64,000 bases of DNA from Craspedostauros australis (lineage: Eukaryota): contig JALAGF010002089.1 of assembly GCA_030167865.1 (NCBI GenBank), positions 1-64,000 of the forward strand. Reading direction: 5' to 3'. Under the pieces are notes generated by a model. That model did no database searches, was not told the DNA's origin, and saw only the letters and a list, made by a program, of their open reading frames with translations. Position 1 is the stretch's first letter; every line of letters starts with the position of its first letter. The position numbers and the translations under genes are program-made. This document shows, piece after piece, positions 21,851-32,231 of the stretch.

Positions 21851-22486
21851 CTACCATAGTTCATGGGATGCATCGTTCTTACATCTATTCATGAAGGCAA
21901 CCCAGCAGTTCCCACACTCCGAGTTGCATCCATCGTCAACGCAGTTGTAGTAATTCCCCAACGCGGCTGGATATTGCTGCAGAAAGCCGAGGAATGCTTC
22001 TTCGTCTCTGTACTTCTTGGGCGCCACCTTCATCGCGGATTGGTACGACTCGTCGGGCGACAGCAGGTACGCCGTTGGATTCGACAAGATCGACTCTCCC
22101 AGCTGCGATGCATCCAACTGCAACGGCCCCGATTGCAGCCACGCGATGGATTGCGCCATATCCTCCTTGCTGGGCGCCTTGGGCTTGATGTACCGCCGCG
22201 CGATCTTGGACTTCGTCATCGCCCACGACTTCCAACCCAACGCCGACGCGTACGCATCCTGGATCTGTTCCAACGACAATTCGGTGCCGTCCACGAGAGC
22301 TTGGCACGCATCCGTCCATTCCTGCAGTTGATCCGTCTCGGTCAGCGCTTCTTCGACGCTCGTGATGTAGTCCACGGCTGTGGATTGCAGGTGCGAGGCA
22401 TGGATGCGTCTTTGCTGGGTCGGAACGAAGGCTACGGTAGGAACGGCAAGTGCGAAGACAAGCGGGATGAATGAAGCAAGACGCAT
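21851..22486 (-). CDS. Plastid-targeted protein with a C-terminal four-cysteine motif (211 aa)
   Basis: Signal peptide MRLASFIPLVFALAVPTVA|FVP followed by a transit peptide. C-terminal NCVDDGCNSECGNCW. Confidence 0.85.
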   Translation of the reverse strand: MRLASFIPLVFALAVPTVAFVPTQQRRIHASHLQSTAVDYITSVEEALTETDQLQEWTDACQALVDGTELSLEQIQDAYASALGWKSWAMTKSKIARRYIKPKAPSKEDMAQSIAWLQSGPLQLDASQLGESILSNPTAYLLSPDESYQSAMKVAPKKYRDEEAFLGFLQQYPAALGNYYNCVDDGCNSECGNCWVAFMNRCKNDASHELW

Positions 22487-23196
22487 CTTGGCTTGCGGCA
22501 GGTATCAAGTAGAGTAGAGTAGAGTAAAGCAACTGTGCGTCCTCGTATGGTACAAGAGAGAGTGGTGGTTGGAGAGGAACGGATGAGATCAGATGTCCGG
22601 CGTTGATGTTGACGTCAATGGGGGGATGAATGTTGGTGTGATGAAGAAGACGAGAGATGTTGCGTTGTGTGGTGACAGACGAGAGAGTGGAAGAGCGAAA
22701 GGCACGAAAGGCGTGAGAGGTGGAGGGAACGTCATTGCGGACGTCCCACAAACATGATTCAACGATTGCTTGAGTCGATGTTGTCGAGTTTCGAAATTCT
22801 GTTGTTGTTGTGGCTCTCACACAATTTCCTGAAATCGGAACTTGGCATGATTGGGGAACATCACCACGAGAGCAAAACTACATGGGGAAGTGTCGATGGT
22901 CGCTCAGATTGCAACATCGAGAGAGCGCAAACATCCCACTCCTTGACACCTGCCAAGATCAGCATGGCTGCGCTGCGTTGCGGGCCTTCGCTGCGCTTGG
23001 CGGCCTGCCTTGATGATTCTCCTTCACGACGTTGATGTACGCGGGTGCGTCGCGGATGTGCTGACCTTGCTTGTTGGTCTTTGTGCCATGATGGTGTCAG
23101 GTTCACACAAATTCTGCTCAGGTCGACCATACTTTGCGTCACGATCATCAAGAAAGATCCACAACATCGACTGTCACTTGCACTCCCACATTGACC

Positions 23197-23514
23197 ATGC
23201 TCATTCCAACCACCAAGGCAAGCGACCTGACACTGACATCTCTCAATCTTTCAAATGTCACTCCCAAGGCGAAAGGACCGATCATCAACAAGAAGCGCCA
23301 TCAAGTCTATTACGACGACGAGGATGAAGATGAAGCGGCTCAGTTCCTGTATTCACAATTGATCACGCATTGGACACCGAGGGTAACGAATGCTGTTGCA
23401 GAGGTGATGGATGACAGAGGCACGCCGTCGGAGATGACGGACATCATCCTTTCCTTCGTCCTCCCAGCCCATCTGCTGGAGAAAACCAACGCGGAGATCG
23501 CGCACGCATCGTGA
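23197..23514 (+). CDS. Small hypothetical protein (105 aa)
   Basis: ATG in ACCATG context after a C/A-rich leader. Protein-like composition, with an acidic patch and the C-terminal segment PSEMTDIILSFV. No family recognised. Confidence 0.45.
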   Translation: MLIPTTKASDLTLTSLNLSNVTPKAKGPIINKKRHQVYYDDEDEDEAAQFLYSQLITHWTPRVTNAVAEVMDDRGTPSEMTDIILSFVLPAHLLEKTNAEIAHAS

Positions 23515-25038
23515 ATTGATGTGGAGGTATTGATGGGGTGTTGTGGTGTGCGTTGCGGATCTGGGGACATGGGGGAAACATCGCGGCAGCAACAGCAATG
23601 GAAATGGAGCCCCAAGGCCGTATTTGAACCGGCCGAACCAACCGAAAAAACATGTCAATCACCACCTCTGTGGTATCTCCAAGATCCCTCCTGGCTGCGC
23701 AGATCTCCACAATCCTATCCATCCATGTATCTACTCCATTCATGTATAATATGTGTCTATCCATCCACCAACGGTCTTGGAAGAATTGGTTGGTGATCGA
23801 ACATTCATGATCCGGAACGTTTGAGGTCAGCAAGCCATGGCACAATGGTAGGTGCTGATACCTTTCCGTGCTGGTATTGGTGTTTGTAACTTTACACATA
23901 TGGCGTGCGACGAGCATGAGTACTCTGCGACCGTATCGGGAGAGAAATCGATGGTGCAGCAAGACCGCGACGGTTTGATGATGAGCATAGACGATGGCGA
24001 AATTCATCTTTGTGCACTCTGGAAACGCATCTGCCCAGAATACGAGTACCAAACAAGGCATCGCAGCGACGCAACCGGAAGAATGAAGCAGCAGAACCAC
24101 AGGACGATCCTGCGGGCATGCTCGTATCGGTTCTATTCCATCAGTATTACACTGCATATACTCGCACTATTAGGTTGTCGTCTATAATATTATACTACAG
24201 TACTCACTATCTATTTCGACAACAATAGATTATTGCTATGCATACGCTATCCGTGGATGAGTACGACCTATTGCGCATGTCCTCGGATCTGATGCCACGC
24301 ATGACCGCAATCGCCCATGATGTCGTGTCAGCAACCTCGATGGTGATGAGAGCCACAAGGACGATGATCATCATCGTTTGTCACGGATCATGTGTTTCGT
24401 TTTCTCTCGATCATGCCGATCCTCGTCACAAAAAGCCACGCCTTCGTTGCTGACGTCAACCTCTAACCTCGTTGCACTAGAATGGTAGAAACGCGAACAT
24501 TGCTCACGTCAGTGTTCTTGTTGCGTGTCAAACATCTTCCGTGGACGATTTCCGATGATGGTGGCGAATCTTCAATGTCTCCAACCAAGACAAGACTGAC
24601 AAAAACTCCAACAATGACGTCCGCAGATGATGAAAGTACGGTGAAAGCACACGAGTCGAATCTCCAGACACAAATGAATCTTCGGCGCAGGACAGAAAAT
24701 GTCTCTCCGAAGGAAGAGCGGTCTTGTTCCGCCACACATTCGTGGACCTCGACGCGTGCCAACCCATCGGTTTCTTTGTGTGGTTGTCCATCGAAGCATT
24801 TGCCCCTTCTCTCTTGTGTGTTCCTTTGTGTGGTTGAAGTCTCTGTGGTTGCCAACACATCCTCCACTCACCTCTTTGTGTGCATTCACAATCGCAAGAA
24901 CGATCACAGTCACAACAACAATCACACAAATACTTCAACCAGCCACAACAAATCATCACCGCAACCACAAAGGGATTGTCCATTAACATCCAAACACCCA
25001 GACCCCTCAACGCTCAACACTCCATCGCACACAACAAG

Positions 25039-27060
25039 ATGACGCAAATGCAAGCCGATCAACCTCTGAACAAGCTGGGGCGGCAGCAACAGGAGAAACA
25101 CGCCAATGAGGACAGTGAATCGTGGCGCCTGCATCTCCAACGTGCCGATGAAATGAAGGACGGAACCGAACTCTGGGATGGTGAGTACGATGATGCTCCA
25201 CAATCGCGCGGGTACGCAGATGTGTACGCCAACGATGCTGCCGGCGACGACATGCACCTCCCGCAGCAACAGCACAAACACCACCTGCGACGCCTGAATC
25301 AAGATGTCGACGTTGCCATTGATGCAGATGCGGCTTCAGACATCAACAACGGCAACGCGCCTGAACTGCAGCAACACCACCACCACCACGAAAGGTATGA
25401 ATGGGAGACAACGTCTGTCGAAAAGCCGAAAAAGCACAAGAAACACAAGGCCATTCCCAAGCCAGAGGCAGCCACGATGCATGCCCTGATGATCGATTGC
25501 GGTTCCGGTGGCACTCGCATCCACCTCTACGAATTCGAACGCAGGACGCTGTCCAAGGAATCGGACCTGCTCGGTGTGCTGGGCGGTAAGAAGCTCAGCA
25601 TCCCAACCACCAACTCGCGCTGGACCAAACGCATCAAGCCTGGCATCCAGACGCTGGTCGATGACAGCATGGACGACGCTGCAGTGGCTGAGGCCGTGCG
25701 GGAACATCTGGGATCGCATCTCGACTTTGCCAAGTCCGTGCTCGCCACCAAAGAGGACGAATGGGATAAATACCCCATCTTCCTCAAAGCAACAGGCGGT
25801 GCCAGAACCCTGGTACCGGAGGAACGCACCCGGCTGATGCGCACAGTGCGCGAAGTCTTCCACGAGGACGACTTCAATCCGTTCCAGTTCAATGATGAAC
25901 GTGCGCGCGTCATCTCGGGCGAAGAGGAAGCCATCTACGGGTGGGCCGCTGTCAACTACCTCATGGGGACGCTGGTGGAGGACACGGAGAGCTTCGGCAT
26001 CACGCCCAACCCCAAGAAGACCTACGGCATGCTCGCATTGGGCGGAGCCTCGGCTCAGATCGGCTTCTTCCAAAACAACGGGGACGTCATGGCCAACCTC
26101 TTCAAGTTTCAGCTGGGCGGCTCGCGTCACTGGAACGTCTACTCGCATTCCTTCCTCTACTTTGGCGTCAACGGCGCGTGGGAAAGACTCAACGCAGAGC
26201 TCTACAACAATGGTCGCGGGACCAATGTCAATCCCTGCCTCCCGGCCAGCAGCACTGTCGACTTCTCCAGCTGGGTTCATCTGGACGAGACCGGAACGCG
26301 CAACCTACCACGCAGCGACCCGCAGTCGTCACCCTACACCGTCTCCATGATCAACGACGTGCCCAACGTCGAGGGATGCGGACAACTGGCACGCCACCTC
26401 CTGCGAAAGGAGACCAACGCAGAGTGGGTCAACTTCTCCCACGACGGTGAGAGCTCCTTCGCGGGAGTGTACCAGCCCCCGTTGCCCACCAACAGCTCCG
26501 AGGTGGATCGGTTCATCGCCGTCTCCAACTTCCCCAAGGTCTGGGCCTTCTTGAAGCTGGAGCCAACGTCCACCGTGCGCAGCATCGGCGTCGCCGCCAA
26601 GACGGTTTGCAGCATGCCCGCCAACGAGCTCATCGCGTACAACGAAGGGCTGGAGGATCCAGTTCACGACGACGTCCTGTTCCAGTACTGCTTCCGATCC
26701 ATGTTCGTATACGAGATGCTGCACACCGGCTACGGATTCCCGTTGGATTACGAGCTGCTGGCCGCGTCCGTCATGAACAACCAGAAGCTGGGCTGGGCCT
26801 TGGGAAGCATCCTGTACGAAATCAACATCATGCCTTGGGAGCTGGAGGACAACCTCATGGTCTCCTCAGGAAAGAGTTCCCATCATGCTCGATCCAGTTT
26901 CATCGACACGGACGACTTGGAAGCTGGGCTCAAGGGAGGAGTGATCATGCTCGCCCTCGTCTTCATCATGATGATGTGGAAATCCGCAACGTGCAAATCC
27001 AAAACGGAGCGCCACGGATACGAAGCTGTCCCCTCTGTCACGGAGAAGCTCAACGCATGA
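25039..27060 (+). CDS. GDA1/CD39 family nucleoside tri/diphosphatase (apyrase/NTPDase) with a C-terminal transmembrane helix
   Basis: Apyrase conserved regions ACR1 IDCGSGGTR, ACR2 LKATGGAR, ACR3 VISGEEEAIYGWAAVNY, ACR4 LALGGASAQI and ACR5 GWALG. TM helix GGVIMLALVFIMMMW and a YEAV motif in the tail. The 5' end is uncertain: there is no signal peptide after ATG 25039, so an upstream exon is possible. Confidence 0.9.
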   Translation: MTQMQADQPLNKLGRQQQEKHANEDSESWRLHLQRADEMKDGTELWDGEYDDAPQSRGYADVYANDAAGDDMHLPQQQHKHHLRRLNQDVDVAIDADAASDINNGNAPELQQHHHHHERYEWETTSVEKPKKHKKHKAIPKPEAATMHALMIDCGSGGTRIHLYEFERRTLSKESDLLGVLGGKKLSIPTTNSRWTKRIKPGIQTLVDDSMDDAAVAEAVREHLGSHLDFAKSVLATKEDEWDKYPIFLKATGGARTLVPEERTRLMRTVREVFHEDDFNPFQFNDERARVISGEEEAIYGWAAVNYLMGTLVEDTESFGITPNPKKTYGMLALGGASAQIGFFQNNGDVMANLFKFQLGGSRHWNVYSHSFLYFGVNGAWERLNAELYNNGRGTNVNPCLPASSTVDFSSWVHLDETGTRNLPRSDPQSSPYTVSMINDVPNVEGCGQLARHLLRKETNAEWVNFSHDGESSFAGVYQPPLPTNSSEVDRFIAVSNFPKVWAFLKLEPTSTVRSIGVAAKTVCSMPANELIAYNEGLEDPVHDDVLFQYCFRSMFVYEMLHTGYGFPLDYELLAASVMNNQKLGWALGSILYEINIMPWELEDNLMVSSGKSSHHARSSFIDTDDLEAGLKGGVIMLALVFIMMMWKSATCKSKTERHGYEAVPSVTEKLNA

Positions 27061-27571
27061 TCTGATCACGCGTCGGGCGACAAACCACCATCTTGCTACG
27101 AATACCGGAGAGACAGCGAACATGTATGCCATGATTTGCTTCTCCTCAATGTATCACTACCATACTTTTACATTTTTGCACAGAGTAGAGGATCAGTACT
27201 CAATTACAGAATAGAATAGAGTACGTTCTCTTTACCATACACTCATCGAGTACTCATCGCTCCTTGGTACATACTTCCACAGATCATAGAGTGGACGTCT
27301 CCTGGTTGGATCCATACAATGGAGCAAGCCGTTACCTTCATCGTTGCGGCGAGGTCGCTCTCTGGCTCCCATCCCTTTTCATGTTTGGACACTCCCATCA
27401 AACGAGCAAGAGTGTTGTCTCCTGTAGCGTCAGTCACCGAAAATCCATTGAAAATGATTCATTTACAACCATCTTAGAGTAGATTAGAGCAGCAGCGTAC
27501 TTGAGAGTATTCCATTCCATTGCACTGCACTGCATCAGCTACTCTGCACTGCACTGCCCACGTTTGATCAC

Positions 27572-29536
27572 CTACACACTGAGTCCGGATGCCTCTGGGA
27601 ATTCCTCTGCGGATACATCTGCATCTTCATCCGAATGAGTCGTAGTGTCCATCGAGACTTCCGTTTCATGAGTGTCGCAAGCAGAGATGTTGTGGATGGT
27701 GTCAAACTCTTGCTCATCCAGGATCGTCTGGATCGCCTTCGCATTAAGCTGTGCCCTCAATTGGCTCAGCTCGTGCGTGAGCTCCTTCTCACGTTGCTTC
27801 GACATGAACAGTTCATCCTCCAACGCTTCCCTTTCTTGCTCGCATTGCATGAGGTCATTCATGGTGGATGCTTGCGTATGCAAGAGCCGACTGTTATCAT
27901 CTCGCAGCTTCTGAACCTCCTTGTGCGCATCCATGTTCTGCATCTCCTCAAGTTCGCACTGCAACCGCTCCACCTGATCCTGGCAGATGGCCAGGTCCTC
28001 GCGCGAGGATCCATGCATGCGCTGCCATTCGTTGATGGAGCGCTCCATTTCCCGGATCGTCGTAGCCTGCGTCATGGATTCGGATTCGTACCGTTGGCGC
28101 AGGCTGTTGTGGTTGCTGTGGAGCTGCTCGTATCGCTCCATCAGGTTGCGGCATTCTCCGTCCAGCGTCATGTGCTCCACCTGCGCGCGGCTGGTGGACA
28201 GCGTGAACAGCTCGGTCAGCAAGGCAGAATTCTGCGCGCGCAAGAACTCCATCGTCTCCTCGCGGTCTACATCGAGGCTGGCCCATGCTCGTGCGAGGTT
28301 GCGCACGCATCGCTGTTGCAACGTCGACAGGCCGGTCGGAGATGTGCTCGTGGCGTGTGGCGATGGCATGGGGGAGACTGTTGGCGCCGTTGATGTCGAC
28401 GTTGCTGGCTTCGACGCGGAGGGCGAGGTAGGAGGCGGCGTTGGTGACAACGCTGATTGCGATCGGAATTGGTCTTCCAATACCAATAATTGTTGAGCAG
28501 CTTCTGGGTCAATATTGCCCATCACTTCCGGCGTCGTCAACTCAGCAAACTCCTCCGCCGTAAGGGTTTCGCTTTGGGTGCAGAACTCTGCCACAACTAC
28601 GCTCCAATGGCTGGATTGGTTCAGCTTCTGAGCTTGTGCGGATGGGTGGTGGAAGACGTCCCTCCAAAAGTTTGCCTCGGTTACTGCCAACAATTCCGAC
28701 TCCTTTGGGATTTGCAGCACCTGATGCGCGACGAGGTCGGTGATGGCAACCTTGATCTTGTCATCATGTAGCTCCCGGCCTTGCTCGTAGTACGAATGCG
28801 CATTGTGCAGGGATAGATCGCGTTTCCAATACTGCTTGGCCTCCCACCTCAAGCGACGCACCTCGAAGTACGAAGCAAGATGGTAGAGAGGGAGCGCGTT
28901 GTCCGTGTTGATCTGCGGTGGTCCATCCGGGTTTCTGTAGATGTAGTCCAGCATGGTGGGGAATGCCATGGCGAGAGCACCATCCAACTCGATCCTGCTT
29001 GTCTTGGATACTGACTCTGCGAACCGATCTCCGCTTTGAAACAGCCTTGCAAAATACTCGCTTCTCCGATCGCCCAAGCCAAGGATGCTCTTGTGGACAT
29101 GGTACGTTGTCGCTGTCGTCGTCACTGTCGTCGTTTCTGTCCATGTTTCTGCTGCGGGTGTCTTCGTCGGGTTGGATGCAACGGCATCGGTGACGTTGCT
29201 ATTGGAAGTCGTCAGGTCTGCGCTATCGTCATGTGTCATCGTCGTTGCCACGCTGATCACAATCGTCCAATCGCTGTACGTTTCGGTGGGATCCAAGCGC
29301 CAATCTAGCCGAGCACTTGGGTCGTTGCTCTCAGGCTCCTCGTCAGAGTCGCACACGTAGTCATCCAATGCAATCCTTGTCATCTCGGTATCGTTCTTGG
29401 TACCCGCGGCCGTTGCAACGCTCATGCCGCTGCTGCCGCTTCTGTCGGCACTTGTGGTTGCTGATACCTCCATTGCAGCCCCGTTTCTATGACAGGACAG
29501 TGGACCCACCACCGCTTCTGCTGCTTCACCTTCCAT
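27572..29536 (-). CDS. BTB/POZ domain protein with a C-terminal coiled coil
   Basis: YSDWTIVI...YHVHKSILG...RSEYFARLF...FPTMLDYIY...INTDNALPLYHLASYFEVRRL is a BTB signature. The C-terminal third is heptad-rich. ATG at 29536. Confidence 0.88.
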   Translation of the reverse strand: MEGEAAEAVVGPLSCHRNGAAMEVSATTSADRSGSSGMSVATAAGTKNDTEMTRIALDDYVCDSDEEPESNDPSARLDWRLDPTETYSDWTIVISVATTMTHDDSADLTTSNSNVTDAVASNPTKTPAAETWTETTTVTTTATTYHVHKSILGLGDRRSEYFARLFQSGDRFAESVSKTSRIELDGALAMAFPTMLDYIYRNPDGPPQINTDNALPLYHLASYFEVRRLRWEAKQYWKRDLSLHNAHSYYEQGRELHDDKIKVAITDLVAHQVLQIPKESELLAVTEANFWRDVFHHPSAQAQKLNQSSHWSVVVAEFCTQSETLTAEEFAELTTPEVMGNIDPEAAQQLLVLEDQFRSQSALSPTPPPTSPSASKPATSTSTAPTVSPMPSPHATSTSPTGLSTLQQRCVRNLARAWASLDVDREETMEFLRAQNSALLTELFTLSTSRAQVEHMTLDGECRNLMERYEQLHSNHNSLRQRYESESMTQATTIREMERSINEWQRMHGSSREDLAICQDQVERLQCELEEMQNMDAHKEVQKLRDDNSRLLHTQASTMNDLMQCEQEREALEDELFMSKQREKELTHELSQLRAQLNAKAIQTILDEQEFDTIHNISACDTHETEVSMDTTTHSDEDADVSAEEFPEASGLSV

Positions 29537-30376
29537 GTTGGTGTCGCAATGAAAGATGTCTCGCGAATGTGTTGTATGTATGTACGAGTATGTAGGGTAC
29601 CTGGCCAACCACTTCAAGCATGAACGAGGGCGACTATCTCGGTGCGCAATTCTTGTGACGATCTGGCATTCGCAAGACAGCGCCAAATTCAACACCTGTG
29701 CGTACCCCGGTGGTTACATCCGTTCCTGCAGACTATCTCACTCCTTGGCTTGCCATCAGCCACACCGCCCGCATCATCTCTCCTCTACACGATCCGTTTT
29801 TGTCGACAGCCCGGATTTCTCACCGAATTGTTGGCTGCAAACTTCGTCGGGAAACAATCATGTTGTCGGAATGCCTCAACCTGTGGATTCAAATCAAATT
29901 AAATCAATTCAATTCAATTAGATGCGGCCAATGTCCTCTTGGAGGTGTGGGAGTACATATCATCGATATGCATTCGTAGTAGTACTCCCAACGCTACACC
30001 CCCTCAGCTTGGTTTGAAAACATCCGGTATGTGTGGCGTTTGTGAGGTGAGCGCAATCAACGAACGGTTGTGGCGAATTGTGGGAGGTCTTCGTCGTTCC
30101 ACACGAACCACCCAGCTCCATGTTCGACACAATTGCGACAAATTTCGTCCGATCAGACCAACACACACATGATGTGACGTAGTGAGGTCCAACTAGTCGA
30201 TCCTTCAATTCATGTGCAAAGCGAGCGTGCCGATGTCGGTTTGCTTCTTGGAGGAATCGAATCGCCAAATCGCCACACAAGATCAAGGGTGTCACACTTC
30301 CTTGTTTGTTTTTCCAAATCCCATCATGATGTGCCTTTTTCGTTACTCACTGTCCTGCGCTCCACTCCACGAGTAT

Positions 30377-30520
<144 letters not shown>

Positions 30521-30733
30521 GACGGAACAACATTGTCAATGCCAACACTGCCCCCAGCATCTTTCAACTCATCCATTCCATCATTCCGTCACCATTCCCA
30601 ACTCAAGCCAAACAAAGTACTCGAGGACATTATCTTCGATTGCATTGAGAATCGATTGCAGAGGCGTTCCGCAATCTCACAGTTCATCACACTTGATTGA
30701 TCCATTGATCCATCGATTGATCCATTGCCTACC

Positions 30734-31849
30734 ATGCCATCAGTGCTCGATCGATACAAGCCCTCCGCTGCATGGAACAGCAGTGGTGGCACCGGAAGCT
30801 CCAACTCTTCATCCCGCGGAAGCATGGGCAGCGCGAGTGAACGCGGCCACTATCAGACAGCAGCGCCAACCACCAGCCATGGCAACAGCAGCAGCAGAAG
30901 CCGCCCACGCGCAAACGCACATTCCACCAAGCGCAATGTGATCAAGACAGCCCAGCCCATCATCAAGAACAGCACGCACGTGGCACCCCTGGGAGACAGC
31001 ATGAAGAGCAACAAGTCTCCATCTCCACAGAAGAAGAGCCGCGGAGGCGGTGCAGTGCGCAAGCCGACATCGCACGACATCAATGACGGTCGCTACGAAG
31101 CATCGGCTCATGAGGAGATGCCACAGGGCCGCGGTGGATCATCGTCCAAGCGATCGAAGACGCAGCGGGAGGTCGATCTCCATGACATGGTCCTTACACT
31201 CAAGGCTCAGATGGAAGAGGAGACCAGAAAGAAGAAGGAGCTCAAGAACAGATTCCGATCGTTGGACAAGGAGAATCAGACGTTGCGCGAGCAGCTGGAT
31301 CAAACCAAGCAGGAGCTTGGCTCCACGCGCGAGGCCCAGGCAACGCAGAAGGAACAGTTTCAGCAGCAGCTGCTGCAGCAGCAAATGCAGCTGAGCCAAC
31401 AGCAGGCCGCCGGGGCAGCTCGATCTCCATACAAATCGGCATCGGCATCCAGATCAGCAGCCGCTGTCGACGACGAGGAGAGCATCCTCAGGGACCGCAA
31501 GCGCCGGTTGGAAAACCAATCCCTTATCGCGCGTCCGTTGTGGGACCACATCCAAAAGGCCAATCGAACCTTCGACATCCGCAACCAGTGCTTCATCACC
31601 GGCAAGCCACATTTCGAACTGAGCTTCCCCAAGACCTTCAAGCGTGCGGACACCCTGAACGCACGCGACAAGGCGGATAAGATCGCCGCGGAACGTGAGG
31701 CGGCCAACTACGAGGCGCAGGAGGCCAAGGTCCAGGAGGAGGCTCGCAAGGCCGCATCCGCATTGGCCAAGCAGAACAAGCCATCGCAAGAGAGCGCCGA
31801 CCTTCTCGAGAAGAAGAGACTTCGTGCAGCAGCTTTTCCGAATCCATGA
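30734..31849 (+). CDS. Hypothetical coiled-coil protein (371 aa)
   Basis: S/R-rich disordered N-terminus, central coiled coil (LHDMVLTLKAQMEEE...LQQQMQL) and a charged C-terminal domain. Coding-like codon bias. Confidence 0.75.
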   Translation: MPSVLDRYKPSAAWNSSGGTGSSNSSSRGSMGSASERGHYQTAAPTTSHGNSSSRSRPRANAHSTKRNVIKTAQPIIKNSTHVAPLGDSMKSNKSPSPQKKSRGGGAVRKPTSHDINDGRYEASAHEEMPQGRGGSSSKRSKTQREVDLHDMVLTLKAQMEEETRKKKELKNRFRSLDKENQTLREQLDQTKQELGSTREAQATQKEQFQQQLLQQQMQLSQQQAAGAARSPYKSASASRSAAAVDDEESILRDRKRRLENQSLIARPLWDHIQKANRTFDIRNQCFITGKPHFELSFPKTFKRADTLNARDKADKIAAEREAANYEAQEAKVQEEARKAASALAKQNKPSQESADLLEKKRLRAAAFPNP

Positions 31850-32231
31850 TGGCCTACTATACGGCAATACTTGTATTTTTGCTGCAACCCTGTTGGTCAG
31901 TGAAGAAACGAACGAACCGAACAAAAGCAAGTACCATGAGCACGGCGACAACAGTAGAACACTATCAAACAACTAGAATCACTCCTCCATCATTTTTCAA
32001 GCTTGCAGTTGTCGTCGGTATCCGCTGTGTCTCGTCCCTCATGTTTGTTTGGTCGAGGCCACTGAAACAAGGAAGGAGAGGTCTTCTCTCCTCGCACATT
32101 CAACTCTGTCCACATCGCGCAAAGCAACCAATCAATCAATCTATCAATGAAAACGAGACAAGAGTACTCGTATGTTGGTGACGCCTCGGTCTCACTTACA
32201 TGCTAGTGGTTGTGTCCTACAAGCCATTGCT

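Noticed and set aside
23521-24230. Short ORFs on both strands that might be a fragmented gene
   Set aside because: No consistent frame, splice pattern or domain.
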